Origin: Candidatus Krumholzibacteriia bacterium | GTDB lineage: Bacteria > Krumholzibacteriota > Krumholzibacteriia > WVZY01 | DNA: 13,450 nucleotides | Direction of reading: 5' to 3' | Assembly: GCA_036478295.1 (NCBI GenBank) | Contig: JAZGDW010000091.1 | Span: 1-13,450 of the forward strand | In this document: positions 6,432-13,450 of the stretch, piece by piece | Position numbering within the stretch: the stretch's first letter is position 1 | How the letters are laid out: each line of letters begins with the position of its first letter | The notes under the pieces: model-generated | The model's database searches: none | Told to the model about the DNA's origin: nothing | What the model saw: the letters and a program-made list of their open reading frames with translations, nothing else | Position numbers and translations under genes: made by a program

Positions 6432-8861
6432 ATGTCCCACCGTCGCTCGTTCGGGCGTCTTTACCTCGCAAGTGTCAGTTTCGTTGTCTTCACGGTCTCA
6501 GCACTGATCCTGGTGCCGTCCGGAAATGGCCGGGTTGCGGCGGCGGAGTGGTCGTGGCAAAACCCCCTGCCCCAGGGGAATCCCCTGGCCGCGGTGCAAT
6601 CGGTAGACGCCACGACGGCGTTCGCTGTCGGGGAAATGGGCACCATCCTGCGCACGACCGACGGGGGAAACACCTGGGAAAGCAGATCGGGCAGGACCAC
6701 AATTTCCCTGAGCGGTCTTTCATTCATCGATGTCATGACCGGGATCGCTGTTGGAGCTGGCGGGACGATCCTTCGCACAACCGATGGGGGGAACACCTGG
6801 GTCAGTCAAACTAGCGGGACGACCGACTGGCTCAATGACGTTTCTTTTGCCGACGCCATGACGGGCTGGGCGGTGGGATGGTCCGGGACGATTCTCCGCA
6901 CGGTCGATGGTGGAAACACGTGGGTCAGGCAAATCAGCGGAACGACCAGCGAGCTCACGGGCATCTCGTTCAGCGATGCCATGACGGGAACGGCCGTGGG
7001 CTACGAGGCCACGATTCTCCGCACGGTCGATGGCGGGAACACCTGGGTTACTCAGGCCAGCCGCGTACCGTGTTTTCCGACCAAGCACGGCCCGGAGTGT
7101 CCCCCGTTCTATGACGTTTCGTTCACTGACGTGTGGAACGGGACGATCGTTGGCTATGCCGGGACAATTCTCCGCACAAACGATGGCGGCACTACCTGGA
7201 ACCTTCAAACGAGTTCGACCTTCGCATCGCTCCATGGAGCCTCGTTTATCGATGCCATGAGGGGCGTTGTCGTTGGAAACGGAGGGACGATCCTGTACAC
7301 GACAAATGGCGGGATCACCTGGCAGAGTCGGCCGAGCGCGACGGGAGAGACGCTCTTCGGCGTTTCGTTTGCCGGTGCGGTGGGGACTGCCGTGGGATCC
7401 TCCGGGACAATTGTCCGGTCCATCGATGGAGGGACCGGGTGGGAACGCAAATCCATGGGATCGACGGCCGCGCTTCAGGGAGTCTCGTTCACCGATGCCA
7501 TGACGGGAACGGCCGTGGGATCCGGCGGGACGATTCTCCGCACGGGCGATGGCGGGCGCACCTGGGTGAGCCAAACGAGCGGAACGACAGAAACGCTTCT
7601 TGACGTTTCGTTCACCGACGCCATGACCGGAACTGCTGTCGGATACGCCGGGACTATTCTCCGCACGACTGATGGCGGGAGCACCTGGGTCGGCCAGACG
7701 AGCCCGGCGACCGAGTGGCTCTCGGGAGTTTCCTTCACCGATGCCATGACCGGGATTGCCGTGGGACGAGATGGCGTGATGGTACGAACCACCAATGGGG
7801 GAAACAGGTGGGTCAAGCTCGCGAGCGGGAACACCCGCCATCTCCATGGGGTCTCGTTCACCGACGCCATGACGGGCACCGCAGTGGGCAACTGGGGCAC
7901 GATCTTGCGCACCGACGACGGGGGGAGCACCTGGAACAGGCAAGCGGTCTGGATATCAGCCCATCTCACTGGCGTTTCGTTCACCGATGCCATGACGGGC
8001 ACAGTGGTTGCGGGAGGGTGCCGGATTTATCGGACCACAAACGGGGGCAGCACATGGTTCCAGCAGTTGTGCGATGATTCGGCCTATCTCCTCGACGTCT
8101 CCTTCGCAGATGCCTTGACGGGAGTCGCAGCGGGAATCGGGGGTGCGATTGTTCGCACGACCGACGGGGGAATCACATGGACCCGGCAAACGAGTGGGGC
8201 ATCGGTGACGCTCCAGGGCGTCGCATGCACGGGCGCCGGGACAGCAGTCGTCGTTGGGACATCCGGGACCATTCTTCGCTGGCAAGATGATACCGTGACA
8301 CCCGTTTTTATCACCGATTTCCGTGCGACACCGGTCGACGACGGTATCGAACTCGCCTGGTCGCTGTTCGCCGACGAGCCCGTCAACGGCATTTACCTCT
8401 ACCGGTCGAGGCTTGACGATGCAATCGAGAGTCCGTTAAATGAGCAGCCCCTGGCGGGCACGGCCCGAAGCTATGTCGACATGACCGCAGTTCCGGCCGT
8501 GCGCTACCGTTACACGCTCGCCGTGTTGGGTGCGGAATCCGGCGAAATCCGCTCGGCACCCGTAGAAGCCGAGCGAGCGCCTCTGGCGGCGCAGTTGTTT
8601 CAAAACCATCCCAACCCGTTCAATCCGGTAACGTCAATTCGGTACACGCTTCCGCGGACAGCCCACGTCACGCTGAACGTTTATTCACCTTCCGGCAAAC
8701 TGGTTCGCACACTGGTCGACCGTGCGGTCCCCGCGGGGAGCCGGCAAGTAACCTGGGACGGAACGAACAACTCAGGCAGCCCGGTCGCGTCCGGCGTTTA
8801 CATGTACCGGCTGCGGATGGGCAAGGTCACACGCTCCAAGAAAATGACGCTTCTCAAATAG
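6432..8861 (+). CDS. Secreted YCF48/BNR-repeat beta-propeller protein with C-terminal FlgD-Ig/T9SS type-A-like sorting domain (809 aa)
   Basis: GGAGG RBS at 6420-6424 and ATG 6432, then a signal peptide. About 14 repeats of L.GVSF.DA.TG.AVG..GTILRT.DGG.TW. C-terminus LFQNHPNPFNPVTSIRY...WDG.N..G..VASGVYMYRL...KKMTLLK. Confidence 0.92.
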   Translation: MSHRRSFGRLYLASVSFVVFTVSALILVPSGNGRVAAAEWSWQNPLPQGNPLAAVQSVDATTAFAVGEMGTILRTTDGGNTWESRSGRTTISLSGLSFIDVMTGIAVGAGGTILRTTDGGNTWVSQTSGTTDWLNDVSFADAMTGWAVGWSGTILRTVDGGNTWVRQISGTTSELTGISFSDAMTGTAVGYEATILRTVDGGNTWVTQASRVPCFPTKHGPECPPFYDVSFTDVWNGTIVGYAGTILRTNDGGTTWNLQTSSTFASLHGASFIDAMRGVVVGNGGTILYTTNGGITWQSRPSATGETLFGVSFAGAVGTAVGSSGTIVRSIDGGTGWERKSMGSTAALQGVSFTDAMTGTAVGSGGTILRTGDGGRTWVSQTSGTTETLLDVSFTDAMTGTAVGYAGTILRTTDGGSTWVGQTSPATEWLSGVSFTDAMTGIAVGRDGVMVRTTNGGNRWVKLASGNTRHLHGVSFTDAMTGTAVGNWGTILRTDDGGSTWNRQAVWISAHLTGVSFTDAMTGTVVAGGCRIYRTTNGGSTWFQQLCDDSAYLLDVSFADALTGVAAGIGGAIVRTTDGGITWTRQTSGASVTLQGVACTGAGTAVVVGTSGTILRWQDDTVTPVFITDFRATPVDDGIELAWSLFADEPVNGIYLYRSRLDDAIESPLNEQPLAGTARSYVDMTAVPAVRYRYTLAVLGAESGEIRSAPVEAERAPLAAQLFQNHPNPFNPVTSIRYTLPRTAHVTLNVYSPSGKLVRTLVDRAVPAGSRQVTWDGTNNSGSPVASGVYMYRLRMGKVTRSKKMTLLK
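6585..8282 (+). repeat. Intragenic tandem repeat, about 126-nt (42-aa) unit x 14
   Basis: 13 DGGxTW-type Asp-box motifs plus a final partial unit. The DNA motifs TTCACCGA(T/C)GCCATGACGGG and GGGACGATTCTCCGCAC recur. Confidence 0.9.
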
Positions 8862-8941
8862 TTTTCCGGTGCGCCCACAAGTCAACGGTTCTGTCGATCT
8901 GACCGCCGGGGGGGGGGGAGTACAATCCGCACCGGAATCCG

Positions 8942-8970
8942 TTGACATCACGCGACCGGCTTACCATATT
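8942..8970 (+). promoter_or_regulatory. Putative sigma70 promoter for the TonB-dependent receptor
   Basis: Perfect TTGACA (8942-8947), 17 bp, CATATT (8965-8970). Confidence 0.55.
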
Positions 8971-9181
8971 TCCGGCGAAAGTCAGCCCGGTTGCTCGCGC
9001 ACTTTCGACCTCACGCTTCACCCGCACGCCGCGCTTAGCGCAAACCCCACATAGAGTTACCACCCCACACAGGTTCTTGGCTTATTTGTAACCCCACACC
9101 CGGGTCCCATCGCTCGAGGGACTCCAAAATCCCGGCTGCCCCACCCGTCGACCGAGAGGTAGGTCAAAAAAGGGGGGGGAC

Positions 9182-12100
9182 ATGTCGAGAAGCACTGCTG
9201 TTAGAGTTCTCGCCATCGTATCGATCGCCGCCACGGCGTTTTGCTTCGCAGGTAACCGCGTGTACGCGCAGTCGCGCGGGACCATCAAAGGAAAGGTTGT
9301 CGACAAGAAGACGAATCATCCCCTGGCGTGGGCGAACATCATTGTCGTGGGTACTGGAAAGGGCGCGATGAGCATGGATGACGGCCGGTTTGTCGTCGAG
9401 GGGGTTCCCGTCGGCACCTACCAGCTGAACGTGTCCATGATGGGATTCAAGACTGTCTCACGCTCAATGGTTGCCGTCAATGCCAACCAGGCCACCGAGC
9501 TTTCCTTCGCATTGGCGGAAACCATCGTTGCGGTAGTGCCGGTCATCGAAGTAATCGGCAGAAAACCGCGGATTGACACTGGAGCGTCGCACACGGTCAC
9601 GATCAAGTCCAAGGAACAGATCACGGAGACGGCGATCGAGACAATATACGATCTCCTGGAACATTCGGCAGGCGTGGTTCGATGGGGTGACCAATACTAC
9701 GTACAGGGCAGCCGGCCCAATGAAATTCAGACGCAAAACGACGGCGTGCTCTTAATGGATCCGCTCGCCAACGGCTCCATCGCGATCGGCAGGCTGGCGG
9801 CCGCCGAGACGGAGTTCATCGCCGGTGGCATGGATGCCGAATACGGCAACGCGCAGGCAGCGATCTTCAAGATTCAAACGCGCGAGGGGGGCAAGCACTT
9901 TGCCGGTGAGCTTCGTTACATGACAGACGACTTCGGCCGCGCGGACAGGACGTATACGAACTATGACAACTTCAGCCTGGGTTTCGGCGGTCCGACGCCG
10001 GTCGAGAACCTGCGGTACTACATATCCACGGAGGCGACGTTTCTCGACGGAGAGAATAGTTCGATTGAGCCGCGCCGCGAACACAAGAACCGCATACTCA
10101 GCTGGCTAAAAGCACGTGACCGCATGTCGCACAGCTTGAACCTCCAGTCAAAGCTCTCGTGGAAGCGGGGCGGCGTCAAGCTGACGGGCGAAGCAATCGC
10201 CCAGCGTTCACGCCGCGAAGAGTACCACCACAACTGGAACATCCAGGGATACGCCCGCAAGGTGTACTACTTCCAGCAGCTCATCGATACCGGCACCGGC
10301 CACGACGTATTCACCTTCGGCGGCATTTCCATTCAGTACGCGGGGCCGTGGCTCGATGATGTAAACGACCCCGGCAAGCCGCCCAATCCCCGGCGGGTGG
10401 TTGTCGAACAGCTCGTCCGCGACCCCGAGACGGGCGAACAGCAGCGGGTGGTCCATGAGAACTTTCGTGCCGTCGATGTCAACGGAGTAACGATTCTGTG
10501 GGACGAGGCGGTCACCGGCGGCGGAGAGGTAGGTCGCAAGCCCTGGGTACTCTTTGAGGGCTTTCAATTTCCGTTCAGCGAGTTCAGCCATGAAAGAGAG
10601 GATTCGTCGTTCGTGTTCTTCAACTCCGCCACACGGTCGCCGGACGTCAAGACAGACAACCTTCAACTCAAACTCGCGTTCAATCACAGTATTTCCGACA
10701 AGGTGCTCTATACGATCCGCCTTAGTCGCCTGGAGTTCAACCTGACACGCAGCGTTGGCGGCAAGGCGCCGCAAGACTATGCTTCTGCCGGGTTGCCGGT
10801 CACCCTGCCCGGCGGCACCTTTCTCGAAGGGGGCGTCTCACAGGCCGCCTGGTACACCGACCCCGACCATCCGTACTTCGTGACGGCCTACGACTTTCCC
10901 GTCTACACGAAACGCAAATCGATCCAGTACCTTTTCCGAAGCGACGTCACGTCGGAGAGATTGGCGGGGCACCGGATAAAGACGGGACTTCAGTTCATCT
11001 ACAACGATCTCAACAACGACAATCGTGTGTTTCCGGCACAGCAGCGGCGTGACCCGTTGAGCGGCACGATTCAACAGGGCCGAAACGTGAACATCTTTCA
11101 CAACTTCAACACCGAGGGGGCAGTGTATCTTCAGGACAAATGGGAATACGAAGGTCTCGTCGCCAATGCCGGCATGCGCTTCGAGTACTTTTCGACGGGT
11201 AACACCGACGAGGTCAAAATCGCCAACTCACAGATCGAACGAGAGGTTCAAAAGTACAAGACGAACTGGTCACCCCGGTTGGGCGTTGCGTTCCCTATTA
11301 GTGACCGTAACAAGTTCTTCTTTCACTACGGCCGGTTTACCCAATGGGCCAGCCGGGCGTTTCTCTTCGCGACGCAGGACGCCATCGGGGCGATTGGCGC
11401 CCTGGGCAACCCAAACCTCGAACCCGAACTTACCGTGTCGTACCAGGCGGGGATCTCACATCAGTTCACCGAGAATACCGTCGGCAACTTTGTGATTTTC
11501 AACAAGGACATCTTTGGTCTGGTTTCGTCGACGCGTGTGACCGATGATTCAACGGGAATCCAGAGCCGGCGATACATAAACCGGACGTATGCCAGTTCGC
11601 GGGGGCTCGAGCTCGCGCTCGAGCAACGCCTCACCCGCCGCTTTGGTTTCGAAGCGTACTATACCTACTCGTTTGCCGACGGAGTGGCGAGCGACGCGGA
11701 CTTCGGGCGCTCGGCGGCCGGGCTGACGCACCTGCCCACCGACGAACTACCACTGGACTGGGACCAGCGCCATACCTTCAACCTCAATTTGCGGTTCCGG
11801 GAGCGTAACAACTGGGGTACGACCATCACGTACCAGTTCGGCAGCGGGCTGCCGTGGACGCCGGTCAACCGGTTCGGGCGACTGCAGGACCCCAAGCTTG
11901 AAAACTCGCGGCGCCACGATGCGGTCCACCGCCTGAGCTTGCAAGGACGGAAACGGTTCAACATCTACGGGCGCGAGCTGACGTTATTCATCGAGGGCAG
12001 AAATCTACTGGATGAAGACATCGTGACGCCCGGGGGCATAGCACCCCAGGTCACACCAAACATGGTCGTGGCTGACATGGATGACGGCGCGTACCTGACC

Positions 12101-12235
12101 GAGACCGGACGGTACGGCGGCGCGTACCTTCAGGATATCGATGACGACGGCGTCAATGACTTCGTACCCGTGAACGATCCAACCGTGTTCGAGCAGCACC
12201 GGGTCTGGCGAGTCGGGTTTGGGTTCGAGTTTTAG
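9182..12235 (+). CDS. TonB-dependent receptor with N-terminal carboxypeptidase-regulatory-like domain (1017 aa)
   Basis: Signal peptide, then GTIKGKVVDKKT..PL..ANI.V.GT.KGA. Plug motif GGMDAEYGNAQAAIFKIQTREG. Barrel motifs WSPRLGVAFPI and GNPNLEPE. C-terminal VGFGFEF. Confidence 0.95.
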   Translation: MSRSTAVRVLAIVSIAATAFCFAGNRVYAQSRGTIKGKVVDKKTNHPLAWANIIVVGTGKGAMSMDDGRFVVEGVPVGTYQLNVSMMGFKTVSRSMVAVNANQATELSFALAETIVAVVPVIEVIGRKPRIDTGASHTVTIKSKEQITETAIETIYDLLEHSAGVVRWGDQYYVQGSRPNEIQTQNDGVLLMDPLANGSIAIGRLAAAETEFIAGGMDAEYGNAQAAIFKIQTREGGKHFAGELRYMTDDFGRADRTYTNYDNFSLGFGGPTPVENLRYYISTEATFLDGENSSIEPRREHKNRILSWLKARDRMSHSLNLQSKLSWKRGGVKLTGEAIAQRSRREEYHHNWNIQGYARKVYYFQQLIDTGTGHDVFTFGGISIQYAGPWLDDVNDPGKPPNPRRVVVEQLVRDPETGEQQRVVHENFRAVDVNGVTILWDEAVTGGGEVGRKPWVLFEGFQFPFSEFSHEREDSSFVFFNSATRSPDVKTDNLQLKLAFNHSISDKVLYTIRLSRLEFNLTRSVGGKAPQDYASAGLPVTLPGGTFLEGGVSQAAWYTDPDHPYFVTAYDFPVYTKRKSIQYLFRSDVTSERLAGHRIKTGLQFIYNDLNNDNRVFPAQQRRDPLSGTIQQGRNVNIFHNFNTEGAVYLQDKWEYEGLVANAGMRFEYFSTGNTDEVKIANSQIEREVQKYKTNWSPRLGVAFPISDRNKFFFHYGRFTQWASRAFLFATQDAIGAIGALGNPNLEPELTVSYQAGISHQFTENTVGNFVIFNKDIFGLVSSTRVTDDSTGIQSRRYINRTYASSRGLELALEQRLTRRFGFEAYYTYSFADGVASDADFGRSAAGLTHLPTDELPLDWDQRHTFNLNLRFRERNNWGTTITYQFGSGLPWTPVNRFGRLQDPKLENSRRHDAVHRLSLQGRKRFNIYGRELTLFIEGRNLLDEDIVTPGGIAPQVTPNMVVADMDDGAYLTETGRYGGAYLQDIDDDGVNDFVPVNDPTVFEQHRVWRVGFGFEF

Positions 12236-12263
12236 AGCAAGGTCGTCCCGGCTACAAAACAGG

Positions 12264-12292
12264 CTGAACTGGCAGGCCACCTGTGGTATAAT
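12264..12292 (+). promoter_or_regulatory. Putative extended -10 promoter for the downstream glycoside hydrolase gene
   Basis: TG-g-TATAAT (12284-12292), with CTGAAC 17 bp upstream of the hexamer. Confidence 0.6.
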
Positions 12293-12402
12293 TCGACTCG
12301 CGGCGGCTCGCAGCGCATCGACCCCTTTGAGCCTTGGAAAAGGAGCGGAACGAACCCACTGTTATCGTTGAGGATCGTGCACACGATACGAGGAGGTGGG
12401 GC

Positions 12403-13450
12403 TTGGTTCGCATTTTTGACCTTGCTGCCGGGGGAGCCAACTGTTTCCCCCGATCCACTCACATTGCATCCAATCGTGTCTTGCGGACACGCACGGGCGT
12501 TCGAGTCCTGGGCCTCGCGACCGCGGGCCTCGTTTTTCTCTCCTTGCTTGTCACACTGGGTTGCGACGACAACCGCGCCGACTCAGCCAGGACCATTTGC
12601 TGTGGCGATGGCGCCGGCCCGATCTTCTTGCAGTCGAAATCGGATGACGACGACGGCGACGGGAATCTGCTAGATGAGGATTTTCCGACAATCAACGATG
12701 AGGACGATGACATCGCCGACCACACCTGGATCCAGGACGGCAACGGTGTCTACCACCTCTTCTTCCACAACGAGGGCTTAGGTGCTGAGAACGAGATCGA
12801 GCACTACATCTGGAGCGATGTCCAAACCCTGGACTACGTCGGCATTGCGCTGCGCACAAACCCGAGCGGCTGGGATGCACAGAATCTCTGGGCCCCCCAC
12901 ATCGTCAAGGTAGGCAATACGTACTTCATGTTCTACACGGGAGTCGAAGGCCGCGGGGCGGATGCAAAGCAGCGGATCGGCGTGGCAACATCGATCGACC
13001 TCACGACCTGGATGCGGGTTCCGATCAACAACTGCCCCGGGACATCCGGCGACGGCTGCATCTACCAATGCGATGAAAGCTGGACCACATGGGGCCAGGC
13101 GCCTGGTTCGTTCAATCAGCAGTGCCGGGATCCGTTCGTCATCTGGGATGCGGCCAATCAGCGCTGGGTCATGTTCATCACGGCGAAGAGTACCAATCAA
13201 TTCGGTGTGGTAACCGTCGCCTACTCAACGGATCTGACTAACTGGACCGGTGCGGGGTACATTAATGCCACGCGTCGACTGGCAACCGGCATCGGAGCAC
13301 AAACGACCGGTGGCCAGGCGGAGAATCCGTTCGTCATGTCACACAAGGGCACGCGCTATCTTCTCTTTTCCGACTGGCAAGACCCGGAAGATGACTTCTC
13401 GGTGGACAATCCCCGCACCATGGTGCAGTACGTTACGTCATCGAGTCTTG
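12403..13450 (+). CDS. Five-bladed beta-propeller glycoside hydrolase (GH32/clan J-like) lipoprotein, 3' end outside the window
   Basis: Frame +1 is open to the window end, so it is not in the ORF track. AGGAGGT at 12391-12397 precedes TTG 12403 (alternative TTG 12481). Lipobox TLG-C. Motifs IADHTWIQDGNGVYHLFF, LWAPHIV...YFMFYTG, QRIGVATSIDLTTW, CRDPFV and AENPFV. Confidence 0.85.
   Translation, partial: MVRIFDLAAGGANCFPRSTHIASNRVLRTRTGVRVLGLATAGLVFLSLLVTLGCDDNRADSARTICCGDGAGPIFLQSKSDDDDGDGNLLDEDFPTINDEDDDIADHTWIQDGNGVYHLFFHNEGLGAENEIEHYIWSDVQTLDYVGIALRTNPSGWDAQNLWAPHIVKVGNTYFMFYTGVEGRGADAKQRIGVATSIDLTTWMRVPINNCPGTSGDGCIYQCDESWTTWGQAPGSFNQQCRDPFVIWDAANQRWVMFITAKSTNQFGVVTVAYSTDLTNWTGAGYINATRRLATGIGAQTTGGQAENPFVMSHKGTRYLLFSDWQDPEDDFSVDNPRTMVQYVTSSSL

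Noticed and set aside
6585..8282. CRISPR-like or non-coding repeat array
   Set aside because: The repeats are in frame, vary at third codon positions, and encode propeller blades. There are no unique spacers.

Overview
GC-rich bacterial window. The C-terminal sorting domain and TonB receptor style suggest an FCB-group candidate phylum (inference). Left part (1-3985): the 3' end of a TPR gene, then a MerR-family divalent-metal sensor and a downstream heavy-metal operon. The ORF track splits two of its genes at in-frame TGA codons, and all three TGAs sit exactly where metal-binding or redox Cys residues are expected. Read through as selenocysteine (U), they give (i) a secreted HMA domain with a rare UxxU motif fused to a WCAPC thioredoxin and (ii) a MerT-HMA-linker-thioredoxin-like (UxxC) fusion. 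Each TGA is followed by a candidate SECIS hairpin. The region has three related MerR-type operator dyads, contains no merA or P-type ATPase, and ends at a strong terminator. Right part: cell-envelope genes, namely a lipoprotein, an outer-membrane beta-barrel, a 14-blade YCF48/BNR-repeat secreted protein with a FlgD/T9SS-like C-terminus, a TonB-dependent receptor, and a partial GH32/clan-J-like lipoprotein that is absent from the ORF track.
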